In this document: positions 12,805 to 28,837 of the stretch, in pieces
Numbering within the stretch: position 1 is the first letter of the stretch
How the letters are laid out: each line of letters begins with the position of its first letter
Assembly: GCA_049999805.1 (NCBI GenBank)
Contig: JBNGIO010006247.1
Coordinates: forward strand, 240,498-304,497
Source of the DNA: Folioceros fuciformis
Taxonomy: Eukaryota
Direction: 5' to 3'
Length of the DNA stretch: 64,000 nt
Position numbers and translations under genes: made by a program
The notes under the pieces: model-generated
Database searches by the model: none
Seen by the model: only the letters and a program-made list of their open reading frames with translations
What the model was told of the DNA's origin: nothing

Positions 12805-15800
12805 ATGGTGACGCTTGCAGAGCCGCTGCTCGAGCGGCAACCAGACCCACAACGACAAGGATGCGATGAAGAAGAGGAGCGCACGCAGGCTTCCTCCAAT
12901 GCAGGCGCCTGGAGCAGGCTCACCTTTGGATGGCTGAAGCCGCTGCTGGCGCGCGGGTCACGGCGCGCCCTGGACGCTGCCGATTTGCCAGCGTTAGCGC
13001 TTCAGGACCAGGCCAGCACGGCCTTCCGCGCCTTCGAGCAGCAGCGGCCGCAAGGTGTGGAGGAGCCGGTGCTATGGAGCCTGGCTCGGTGCCACTGGAA
13101 GGCCATGGCGTGGTCAGGAGGTTACGCTCTGCTCAAGAGCGTCAGCTCGTCGGCCAGCCCCGTGTTTGCCAGCTTCTTCATCCGCTTCGCTAGCGGGCAG
13201 CGGGACTTCCCCATGGAGGGATACGTCCTGTCGGCGGCCATGTGCACGGCCAAGCTCCTGGAGTCGGTGTCGGAGCGGCAGTGGTTTTTCCAGAGCCGCC
13301 GCACCGGGATGCAGGCGCGAGCGGGGGTGGCCGCCGCGCTGTACGCCAAGCTGCTGCGGCTGTCGAGCTCCGGGAGGAAGGCGCATCCGGCCGGGGAGCT
13401 GCTTAACTACGTGGCCGTGGATGCCTTCCGCTTGGGCGAGTTGCCGTATTGGGCGCACTTCGTGTGGGCGACACCGTTGCAGATCGCCCTAGCCACCGCT
13501 ATCCTCTTTTTCTGCGTGGGCTGGGCGACGCTGGCGGGGCTGGGCGTCATCCTGCTCACCATGCTGGTCAACCAGCCCTTCGCCCGGCTGCAGCAACGCA
13601 CGGAGACGCAGTTCATGGCGGCTCAGAGCCGGCGGCTGCGGGCCACCTCCGAGTTTATGCGCAGCATCAAGATACTCAAGCTGCAGGCCTGGGAGGAGCG
13701 CTTCATGGCCGCCGCGCAGGAGCTGCGGGACCAGGAGATGGATTGGCTTACTAGAATCCAGCACATTCGCGCCGCGCACTCCGTGCTCTTCTGGACGTCT
13801 CCGGTGGTGGTGTGCGCCGCAACCTTCGCCGCCTGCGTCGCCCTGGGCCGCCCGCTTGACGCCGGCAATGTCTTCACCGCGCTGGCGGCTCTGCGGATCG
13901 TTCAGGAGCCCATCCGCAACGTGCCCAGTCTCATCTCCGCCCTCATCCAGACCAAGGTTTCTCTGGACCGCATCGACCGCTTCCTGCGGGCCGATGATCT
14001 GCAGCAGGACGCTGTGGACAGGATCGAGCCCGACAACAGCAGCAGCAGCAACTGCGCTGAATTCGCAGTGTCCATCCATGACGGAGTTTTTAGCTGGAAC
14101 TCGGACACTCCCTCCGCCACCCTCCGCAACATCCACCTTCAGGTCCGCCACGGCCAGATCGTCGCCGTCTGCGGGCAGGTGGGTGCCGGCAAGTCCAGCC
14201 TGCTCATGTGCGTCCTCGGGGAGATCCCCAAAATCTCCGGAACGGTGAGCTTGCCCTTGTTGCCGAATTTGTTCCCACTTGCATGACGCTGCGGGCAGGC
14301 TCTTATTTGCTGTGCGTGCATCTCGTCTCGCGGGGCAGGTGAAGGTTTCAGGCGGGAGTGTCGGCTACGTCTCCCAGACTCCTTGGATCGAGAGCGGGAC
14401 GATTCAGGACAATATCCTGTTCGGGAAGCCTTTTGACTGTGAGAAGTACCAGGCTGTGCTGCATGACTGCGCACTGGAGCAGGACATCGAGGAGCTCCCG
14501 TACAAGGATCTTACGGAGATTGGGGAGAGGGGCCTCAACCTCAGTGGTGGGCAGAAGCAGAGGATTCAGCTGGCTCGTGCACTCTACCAGGACTGTGACA
14601 TCTACCTCTTGGATGATCCCTTCAGTGCTGTGGATGCGCACACCACGTCCAGTCTGTTCAAGGTGCGTGCCGATTCCGTGCTGCTGCCTTAGGCTTGTAA
14701 CAGCCTCACGGCCCTGCTGTGACAGAAGACGTATGAAGATCTCACGACGCCATAACCTTTGCAGAACTGCGTGCTACGAGCTTTGGCTGGCAAGACCGTA
14801 ATTCTTGTCACGCACCAAGTGGATTATCTACCTGCTGTGGATTCCATAGTGGTGAGACGGTCTAACAAATCTACATGCTTCTATTTCTGCATACGCTTAT
14901 TTGCTGCTAAGCATTGCAGCTCTTAACTCGAGGTGTTCCAATCTGCAGTTGCTGGAAGATGGAGAGATTCGGCAGTCCGGCAACTACAACCACATCAACT
15001 ACGAGGGAAGTGCTTTCGAGAAGCTTATCCATGCCCACCAGGAGGCCATGGGCTTGGTTGATAATTCCTCCAAAGCTTCCACTCGTGCATCGTCTGTCCC
15101 GTTCCTGGCTCAACCCCGGCTCCCAGTGAACGGAAATGGGGTATTCAATGGGGCGTCTGGAGGTGGGCAACTGACAGCTGAGGAGGAAAAGGAGTCAGGA
15201 ACCTCAACATGGAAAGCTATTTTCGACTACTTTGGGCAGGCAGATGGCTGGTACTTGTATTCCATGTCAGTCGTGTGCGCTCTCATCTTCACGGTGGGCC
15301 AGCTTGCGAGCAACTTTTGGCTGGCCAGAGCAGTGAACAATGTGAACATTACTCCTGCTGTGCTCGTGGGAGTGTACGCAGCAGTGGCCATCTCTGCTTG
15401 TTTCTTTGTTTATGTAAGAGGAAGCCTGATTGCAACTATGGGCCTCAAGGCCTCTGCGTCCTTCTTCACTGGAATGTCCACAGCCATTTTTCGAGCCCCC
15501 ATGTCGTTCTTCGATTCTACTCCCACCGGCAGAATAATTACCAAGGTATGTCATCATCCCGTGGCATTCTGCGTTTCCCACTTGCCATGTCTGACGCATG
15601 GTTGATGATTTTGCTTGCCCAGTTCTCCTCCGACATGAACTCCTTGGATACGGATGTCCCCTTCAGCCTAGGGCACTCTGCTTCGGCCAGCTTAAATTAT
15701 CTTGGATGTCTACTCATGACTGCTGTGGTGACATGGCCAGCTCTTGCTGTGGGCCTGCCCCTCATGTACGCATCCACACAGTACCAGGTACGTGCGTGTA

Positions 15801-17629
15801 ACTTTTATGCGAAGTGTGCATGACTCAAGTAGCAGAGGTGCCGATGATTCACACGCTGGCGTGGCAGATGTACTACTTGAAGTCAGCCAGGGAATTGATC
15901 AGGATCGACGGCACTACCAAGGCTCCAATCATCCAGCACTACGGAGAGACCATCGCTGGTGTGACCACAATTCGGGCTATGGGGAAGGAGGAGAGCTTCA
16001 TGTTAAGGACCTTGGAGTTGGTGGACGCCAACTCCAACACCTCCTTCCACAGCTTTGCTGCTCTCGAATGGCTCACACTCCGAGTGGAGTTCTTGTCAGC
16101 AGTTGTGGTACTAAGCTGTGCTCTCGCACTGGTGATCTTCAGCGACCACGTCGACCCAGGTAAGCGGTCTTCAGCTTGGTGATTGAAGGAAACCTGGCAA
16201 CGAGGTAGCAAACGTCGTGTCACGGATGGTTCCAGCCAGTAAGCTCGGGCATTGTTCTGCACAGGAATGGCTGGACTAGCAGTGGCGTATGCGCTGAGCA
16301 TGGGTGGAATCCTAGTGTTCAACGTGATGAATCAGTGCACGGCTGCAAACCAAGTAGTTGCCGTGGAGAGAATACGACAGTACTTGAACATTCCGAGCGA
16401 GGCTCCAGCCTTGATTCCAAACTCTGTGCCACACATCTGGCCGACGTCGGGTGAAGTTGTGCTAGAAAATCTGCAGGTCTACTGCATCACCCTGTAACGT
16501 GCTCCATGCGACTTCTCTCTGGCTCGGCAGATCTTCAGGGTTCCTAACCTCAGCCATTCCTGCTGCTATGGTGACAGGTCCGCTACCGTTCCAACTGTCC
16601 CTTCGTTCTGCACGACATAACCTGTACTGTGACGGGTGGGGAGCGGGTGGGTGTGGTGGGCCGCACCGGCAGCGGTAAGTCTACCCTAATAGCCGCTCTG
16701 TTCCGCCTGGTGGAAGCATCCGGCGGTAGAATACTCATTGACGGGGTAGACATAGCCACCGTGGGCCTTCACGACCTTCGTACCAGACTGGCCATCATCC
16801 CTCAAGACCCAGCTCTCTTTCGCGGCACAGTGCGCTTCAATCTGGATCCCCTCTCCTTGTACCGGGACGCGGAGCTGTGGCAGGTACCATTTCTAACCTG
16901 CCTGCAGCACATGCATTCCAGACGGACCAACCGCGCTGACCTGCCTGTCCGTGAATCCCTGCCCACGTCCAGGCCTTGGACGCCTGCCAGCTCGGGGACA
17001 CGATCCGTGCCAAGCCCGGCCTACTGGATTCTGAAGGTGAGCTCCAGTTCCTGTCCCGGCACTCGAACACTCGACCGCTCGCAGGTGCTGCGGCAGCATC
17101 CTTGAACTTTTCCAATCTGTACTGACGCCATGCGTCGTCGTTTGTCTCACTCGCAGTCGGTGACGATGGTGAAAACTGGAGCGTGGGGCAGAGGCAACTC
17201 TTCTGCCTCGGCCGTGTGCTACTAAAACAGTGCCGCATCCTGGTGCTGGATGAAGCAACCGCATCCATCGATAACACCACCGACGCCATCCTTCAGAGGG
17301 TCATCCGCATGGCCTTCCGAGGCTGCACTGTGATCACAGTGGCCCATCGCATCCCCACCGTGGTTGACAGTGACAAGATCATGACCCTAAGTGACGGTAC
17401 TCCGAAACATTCACCGCTTTCACCAGTTGATCTTGGTTTCCTGTGCTTCACTGCCTAGACTGGCGTGCTCACATTTCTCACCGTGCCGCAAACAGGCAGA
17501 CTGATGGAGTTCGACTCGCCCGCAAACCTTCTGAGCAGTGCAAAGGAGAGCTCGTTGTTTGCGAGTCTTGTTGCCGAATACTGGGCCAGCCACACACACG
17601 GTCACCCATCCAATCTCGTCGACAAATGA
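12805..17629 (+). CDS. ABC transporter C family (MRP-type), multi-exon
   Basis: TMD1, NBD1 ([35 protein letters not shown]), TMD2, NBD2 ([32 protein letters not shown]). GT-AG introns. Last exon ends [18 protein letters not shown]-stop. Confidence 0.95.
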
Positions 17630-18164
17630 CATGCGATGACCCCACTGATGAGAAATGTCACCCTTCTCCTTGGCCTGGATCTGGTTTGATACTTGTGGCA
17701 CACGCTAATGAAACTGCGCCATCTGGTAGGGAGGACCATCGCTGCTCCTCGTTGTCAGCAGAGACAAGATCTGACAGGCCACAGACCGCGAAATCGCGGC
17801 GACAAGGGACAGCGTCCAAGCATTACCTGACATGCGCATATGCAATGAACGGCAGCCCTGCTTTTGGGATCAATCGTACTGAGTGGAGGCTTTCTTGTCC
17901 ACCTGCCAATTTCTATCCGCGTTTCCAGGTGCATGACGTCCCAAGGCAGGTTGGGCTGATGATAAGCAGTGCCGGTGATCAGAAGACGTGCGAAGCGGAA
18001 TGAAGTGAATTCAGGCCGAGCAGTGGCCGAAAACCCGGCCCCGTAACTGCGCACAGGGAAGCATGGCGAACCTGCAGCAGGCCCTCTGCCGCCCCGCAAG
18101 ACGACTATTCCGTTCCAGCGGGGACGGAGCCGGGCCCCCAGGTCGAGTGCGGAAGCAGCTGGCA

Positions 18165-20680
18165 CCGGTATCCTCTTCTTTGTACATGGACTGGGCGACG
18201 TTGGCGGGGCTGGCCGTCATCCTGCTCACCGTGCAGGAAACCAGCCCTTCGCCCAGTTGCAGCAGCGCTCGCAGACGTAGCTCATGGCGGCGCTGAGCCG
18301 GCGGGATGTGGGTCATAGCCGAGTTTCTGGTCCTCTAGCTGCACGCCTGGGAGGTTCGCTACATCGCCGCCGTGCAGGAGCTGTGGGACCAGGAGATGGA
18401 GTGGCCCGGAAGAAACCGAACATCTGGGCTGACCACTCCGGCTTGTTCTGGATGTCGCCCATGCTCCTCTCGTCCGCCACCTTCGCGGCCTGCGTGGCTC
18501 TCGGCCGCCCGCTCGATGCAGGTGGGCTGTACCTGCCGCCATTGCAAGTTCGCTCACGCGCGGTGGCTGCAATTCAGAATCCTCTCTCTACAGCCTTGCC
18601 TGAACGTTGAGTGACCAGGAATGCGCTGCGCTGCGCTGCGATGCTGCAGGAAACGTGTTCACCGCTCTCGCCTCGCTCAGAATCCTGCATGAGCCCAGCC
18701 GAGTGCTCCCTGACCTCGCCTCCGCGCTCATTCAAACCAGACTCTCGCTGGCTCGGCTCGACCACTTGTCGGCGAGCACGAGCTGCAGCAGGACGCGGTG
18801 GAGCGGGTGCTAGGCGACAGCCCTCTCTAGATCTCGGAACTGGCGGTGCGCATCGAGCAGGGTTAGTCCAGTTGGGACACCTCGATTGTCTCTCTGCATC
18901 GATCGCGTTCCCCACACTTGAAAGGGATTGGCCGAATGGTCATTCGACGAGCATCCGCGCAAGGATTGTACGGAGATACGAGAGGAAGGTCAGAAGCAGA
19001 GAATTCAGCTGCCTCGCGCATTGTATCAGGACCCTGACATCTATCTCTTGGACCATCCACCGTCTCTCGGACGCTCACACCGTGTCCGGTTTGTTCCACA
19101 GGTGCGTCTTGCAGGCTCTGGCTGGGAAGACATCATCCTCGTCACACACCAAGTGGAATTTCTTGAGGCAGCCGGCGTTGTATTGGTTGGAGCCTCTTAC
19201 TTGTAACTTTGTTCAGATGAAGAGATGGAGATGTATGGTTATGGCTATCGTGCACACACTGAGGCTGACAGTACTTACAGTCTGAAGAAGCTGCGCACGA
19301 TAGTAACAGTTCATGAACGTGACTGAACGTGAATGTGACGTGTGCATATCATGCTTGCAGTTTCTGGAAGATGGGGAGATTCGGGAGGTACCCTCGAGCA
19401 GATCAATTATGAGGGAAGTGACTTCGAGAAGCTCATCGTTGCCCACAAGCAGGCAATGAGCCCGGTGCACGATCAGGCCTCCAAGGCCTCCACTGCTCCC
19501 ACACCTGCTGACCAGCTACACGGTAAAGGCAGTGCACCTCCCACCAAGAGGGCAGGCGCAGGAGCGCAGCTAACAGCAGAAGAGAAGAATGTAGGAATTT
19601 CGAACTGGAAAGCCGTTTTCGACAATGTGCGCCAAGCAACTGACCATGGGTGGTATCACTTCTGGATCACGTTTCTCGGCAATGCTGTCTTCGCTGTGGG
19701 TCAGATTGTCAGCGTCCTATGGCTAGCGACAGGCGTCTGACTCAGCAATCCCAACATCAGCCCAGATTTCATTGTTGAGGTGTATGCAGCCGTGGGGAGT
19801 TTTGCTGGTGCCTTCATCTACATTCGAGGTCGGATGATTGCAACCATGTGCCACAATGCCTCTCCTTCCTTTTTCTGAGGGATCACTACTGCCATTTTTC
19901 GACCCTCCATGTCTTTCTTCGACTCCACCTCCACAGGCAGGATAATCACCAGGGTATCCTCACCGTGCTTCTCGCTTCTCTCAAGCATTTGCACTCTCCC
20001 TTTGGCATGGCCACATCCTGACCTGACTGACTATCCATGTTTTGGCCCGTGTTCAGTTCTCCTCAGATATGAATTCCCTGGACACGGAAGTCCCCTTCAA
20101 CCTTGGCTCCTCTGCAACGGGTGCGCTGATCTATGTTGCTTTTGGAGCGCACTGTCCTGCGGACTGAACCGGGTCTTAGGGGATATGTGTCCAGAGGTGT
20201 GCAGCACGACCATGTCAAGCACCCGTAAGTGCTCCACGATAGTCAAGTAGGAGACGATGGAGAGAATTGGAGCGTGGGTCATCGACAATTATTCTGCCTT
20301 GGTCGTGTGCTCCTCGGACACAGCCGAATTCTAGTCCTACATGAAGCAACAGCATCCATTGACAAGAACACCGACTCCATCCTTCAGAGGTCATCAGGAA
20401 GGCTTTCCATGGTTGGCCAGTCATCGCCGTGGTCCATGGCATCCTCACCGTGGTGGACAGTGACAAAATCCTGCGCTTGAGAGACGGTAAGCTGCCATCA
20501 ACATCCTGTAAGCAAAAATAGCCAGAAGCCTTGGCCTAAGGGGTACCATTGTTCTGACAACCCTGCGTTTCGTAACAAGCCAGCTAACAGAGTTCAAAAC
20601 GCTCTCAGAGCTGCTGGCCACGAAAGGCTCAAAGCTCTCCAGGATCATGATAGAGTACAGGGCTAGCCAGACCTAGGTAA
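18165..20680 (+). pseudogene. Degenerate tandem duplicate of the ABCC gene
   Basis: Colinear fragments ([62 protein letters not shown]) with frameshifts, stops, large deletions and retained introns. Confidence 0.9.
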
Positions 20681-21256
20681 TGTCACTTATGACCCATGGC
20701 CCATTAAATCTCGATGAGGCTTTATCTGGAAATATCTATAAACCTATAATTTCTGGAATATGTACTGTACAAACCTCTAGGAGAAAGGCCTTTTTCGCCT
20801 TCTGAATCCGTTTTTCCCCTGCACTGCAGTCTGATAAACGAACGGACGTAGAACAGACCGAATCTGCTAGAAGCTGTAACAAACCGGGAAACCTAGGTGC
20901 GACAAGCGCAGGTTAGGACAGAATTATATCTCTGCAGGATACCAGTCTGGAGGCCCAAATCTGCTAGCGAGATCTTGTAAAAGGTGCACAAATGGGAAGT
21001 CCCATCTACACGGAGATCTTATAACACATGAAGAGATGGGAATTCCCATCGAAACCGAGGTGGTGGAGTTCTCTCAGGCCATGGTGAACTAGCCTCCCGT
21101 ACCACTTCCCCTTGGCCCCCCAAACTGTACCTGACTACACATTGAATGTAGGTGATAACAGTTTGAAGCATCAATCCGTCCCTAATTTAGAAAAGTGCAT
21201 AACACTCGGGTGCATAGGCAGAGATGCTCAGCAGACATCGGGCACAGCATGCCCTC

Positions 21257-21559
21257 TTAGCTGTCCAAGTAATTGGCTGCCATCATCAGCTCCAGAGTCA
21301 TCTCCGGCTCGATGTGGAATTCTGTCTCCTTGCCAGCCGCATATTGCAGCGACCAGTAGAAATACTGGCAGACCTTCTCCAACACGTGCGTGCTGATCTC
21401 CGGGAATTTCACTTCTCCCAGTTCTGTCTCGGTGAAGGCTCCAGCCGACGTTAACATGTTCTTGAGGGTGTTGGAGACCAGTGCTGCTTTTCTGTCGATC
21501 ACGAACTCAAACCCCTCCGCGCTTATGAGCTTCACGGTGTCTGCTTTCTTGAGTGCCAT
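21257..21559 (-). CDS. ELOC: Elongin C (SKP1-like BTB/POZ), intronless CDS
   Basis: VKLISAEGFEFVIDR...GEVKFPEISTHVLEKVCQYFY...LELMMAANYLDS; 100 aa. Confidence 0.95.
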   Translation of the reverse strand: MALKKADTVKLISAEGFEFVIDRKAALVSNTLKNMLTSAGAFTETELGEVKFPEISTHVLEKVCQYFYWSLQYAAGKETEFHIEPEMTLELMMAANYLDS

Positions 21560-22205
21560 CTTCCGCGCTGACTCCAGGCAACCTTACAACAATCCGTTCC
21601 CCTGCTATTGCACAGTTGCCACAGCATCAGCGCAGGAAAACAGAACATTCCATCCTCCCAAACCACTAACCCCCTTCCTCCCTCCCTCTAATATCCCCGC
21701 CACCCGCCACAAATCCCTGACAATTTCATCAAAACCACCAGGCAGAACGAGAGGCGAGGTGCTCCCTCCCTCTAACCTAAACACAGAGCCGCAAACAAGC
21801 CGCTCCAGCAACAAGGATCGAACAATAGAAGGAACAACTTACCAAGCCGGGCCAAGACAGCCTCACGCACGCCTCCTGATGAAGGATTGCGGAGCGTGTA
21901 GTAGGAACGTTGTGCAGACGCGCAGGCAAATTCCACGCCACCGCAGCCTGACGCGAGGAAATGTAGAACGACAGCAATTTAGCAACCCGGTGCGATACCA
22001 CATTGGTACATACGTAGGTACCGAAATTGTTCGAAAAGGAAGAGAATCAAGGGTCATTCATGGGACCGAGGACGCGCCGACGCCCGGGTTGGAGCTTTGC
22101 ATATTGCCGTCTGAGACATTTTTCTCGTATTACAACACGGAGTATATGAAGCCTATATATGCTTACATAATGCAGTATTATATATGTACACATATTGGCT
22201 AAGGG

Positions 22206-22216
22206 TTCCCGCCAAA
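22206..22216. promoter_or_regulatory. E2F-binding site in the DDM1 promoter
   Basis: TTCCCGCCAAA (TTTGGCGGGAA on minus) 150 bp upstream of the ATG; a second TTGGCGC at about 22228. Confidence 0.6.
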
Positions 22217-22355
22217 TTACACTTCGGTTGGCGCACCAGCATCAAGTCCACAACGCTCGACACTGGGCTGCAGAAGAAACAGGTCCAGCGAAAGCCACAG
22301 CCTCAGGGCGACGTGACCCCGCGGGCGGGGGGCGTGGTGACGTAGCTCGTAGGCC

Positions 22356-25922
<3,567 letters not shown>

Positions 25923-26288
25923 ATAGTTGTTTTTCCTTTTAACGATGTACAGGGCATGCCCGTACCCTGTATTTTTCATGTAGACCTTAAGTATTCCTAG
26001 GACGAAAGCGCTTTTGTGGTGAGAAGATAGCGAAGTGTAGGTGAGCCCTGTGCAATGTCTAACCAATGACGTCCAAGTTTCTCAATCCCACGCTCCAGGC
26101 ACACTGGGGTCTAGCTATCTTTCTTTGACGTCATTGGGGTGCAGGATGAAAGCTGTAGGGTGAAGGATGGATGTTAGGGTTTAGGGTTTCTTGCATTGTT
26201 ATCAAGTATCCCAGCTGAAATTCCTCCATGCATGTTTTGTTGTGCGTGCTGGCTCAGTCTGTGCCATCAGATGTCTGCTTCGCCTTGC

Positions 26289-26328
26289 GTCCCACCACGG
26301 TACGAGGGCCCTCATACCGAGGTGGGAC
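26289..26328. repeat. 40-bp near-perfect palindrome
   Basis: GTCCCACC-A-CGGTA-C-GAGGG|CCCTC-A-TACCG-A-GGTGGGAC; two mismatched pairs. Confidence 0.85.
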
Positions 26329-28837
26329 ACAAAAGGCGAACATGCAGTGCAGATGTACAGTACTCTCCTTGGTCCGGTAACCTGGGCATTCATTGGGCCT
26401 GCTTTGCAGGCTTCCGTACGCCGACGTGGCACCCGGTGGCCAGTAAGACAGAACTATACTGCAGTTGGTCGATCTACCGTCCACTAAAAGCACGGTTGGG
26501 ACGCGCGCCCCGAGGGCATACCTGCCTCGGTAAAGATCTAATAGCCGTCGGCCACCTGCCCAACATTCGATGTGTAAATCATTTGCCTTCCCGTCGAGCG
26601 AATGCGCCTCGCCCCCCCCGTCGACGACCCAGGTAATCCTGCTGAACGTGCACCTGGGTTAATAGGGCTACTTGCCTGACGAATCCTACAGCTGCGTTGC
26701 TGGCGGGTTCGTGTGCCAGTCCAAGTCGTTAAGAGCTCGACTCTGTGGGATTCTTGTTGCTTGACTGGTCAGGCAGGGATGGATTGTGAAAAAGTATTCG
26801 GCACCGCTCGAGTTTCTGCTGATTCAGGGAGGGAGGGGTGTCCACATACGCATGGTGGCCAGCCGTGCATGCCAGTTCTGGTATGGAAGCTGCCCTTGAA
26901 AGTGGCTAATGCTTTAAGTCTCCGGTATGGAATCGGGAAAAAAATCCCCGGAAAAAACGCTCAGGGTCCGGCTACATGGGAACCTGGCATAATGCTTTAC
27001 GTCTCCGGACTCTGGTTTCTCACATCACAGACACACACTGGCAGGCAGCGAAAGCCTGGTCTGACCGTGGTATTCTGGGATTGCAGCCCCTTCCACTACA
27101 AGATTGAGTACCTGGTGTTGTATGGCCCCACTGTAAGGCAAGGTGAGGAGGCGAAGCAAATGTAACAGCCCCAGTAGCAGACTGTGAGCAATTGTAGCAA
27201 CTTGGAGTGACCAGGGTAAGCTGGAAAAAAGAGCCAGCCAGCCAGCCCGCCAGCCTGTACGCCATGCTACCACGTCCTGGTGTGGCAACAAGTTGCGTTC
27301 TACTTCATGATCCTCGAAGCGGACTTGGAGGGAGCCCATCCTTCCCCCGCACGAGGCCCCCCTAGTCATGATTCCCAACATCCCGGCACTCACTGAAATT
27401 CAGACTTGCAATCCGTCCTGCAGATCTGCCGGAACGTGCTGATCAGATCCTCCACCACTTCCAGACTCTCCCACTCTGAAAAGCACTGCCAAACTTGGGA
27501 ATCGCATGGAGCGCAGGCAGCGTAGGGTGGGTCCACGTTGTCCCACGGCCCGGACCCCGGTCTCGTCATGGCCTCTCAACTTGGGTCTGTGCGGCTCTCG
27601 GAGTCCTCCCTCACCCACGTCCAGGTCCTTTGGTGGTGCGGTTGCAAGCTTGCAGATATTTCGTTAGAGGGCGTCAGCCTTATCCCACGCTGCCAATTTC
27701 AAAATGCTAGCAAAAGCATGAAAACACCCAGGACAGCGCTTTTCGCTAAAAAAGAAAAAAAACGACGAGCCCCGGCCTACGTGGAAGGCGACAGCCTTGT
27801 GAAGCCCCCGCAGATGCGAGCTTGTCCGTGACCTGGCCCTCGAGTGGCGGAAGCTGCGCTTGTTGAATCGCTTCTTTCTTGCTGCTTCTCAAGTGCGCTT
27901 TGTGAGTGCATTCGTCCTCGTGCCACCTACCACGGCAACGCGCCGCGTTGTTTAGGCAGGGCAAGCCAGGCCAAGGGAAGGGAAAGAGGGCGTTCTTTCA
28001 ATCGTTCAAGCCTGGGATTCGTCTGCACTCCGCTGGCGACCGCCTTCTTCGCCTTACCCCGGTGATTCTTCTTGTCCATCCTTCTGTCTGTCATTCCGAG
28101 CCTCTTTGCCTGCGTGCTAACGGACTGCGTCCTTCTTCCCCTTCGCAAACCCAGCTTCCCCGTCAGCCCTGCCCTGTCCCGGTCCTGCATGTGTGGCTGA
28201 GGCCCTCTACAGTGGAGAGTCCCGGGCCCCCTTGTAATGTATGCATACTTGTTGGGTTGCGTGTTTAGGCACGCCAAGGTAGGGGCAGTCGGTGAGGTTT
28301 GTGGTTTTATGTCGAAGCCATGGCATGCGCGCTGGCCACAGTGTGCTTGTGCTGCGGTGCGGGTGACCGCGCCTGGACGCTTGCTCAAGTGCTCTCTCCT
28401 CTTAGTTGCAGGAGACGGCGTCTCGGCCATGAAGCCTGTGTGAGGGACACGTAGTGCGTAACGGAGGAAGAGAGGATCGATCCAGCACGGAACGGATTGC
28501 AGACTACCAGGGCGCGGCCTTCGCTCAGGTAATTGTCTTCTCGCCATCACCAAACTTGTGGCTGGCCGTCCGGTTGGGGACTCGCGCTGCCGTCCCCAGC
28601 TGTGGGCACGTGGCCCGCGCTTGTGTGTGGCCCGTATATCTACCATGATTGAAGCTGATTTCGGGTCGTGACTCTGCTCTTGTGCAGGCCGTGAGGCGGG
28701 TGATGGACAAGGCCTCTAAGAGCTTATGTGTTGTGCCAAAGCAGGGGACGCATAACACGGTCGCTTGTCCTGTTTTGTTACTATTACCCTTACTCTTACG
28801 CCCAACAGGATTCGGAGGCGATGCCAGGTCCAGATGA

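Noticed and set aside
12930-14250. Multiple overlapping and antisense ORFs in ABCC exon 1
   Set aside because: Expected by-product of very high GC content.
21390-22202. 270-aa plus-strand ORF
   Set aside because: Antisense to Elongin C and its promoter; no ATG start or recognisable domain.
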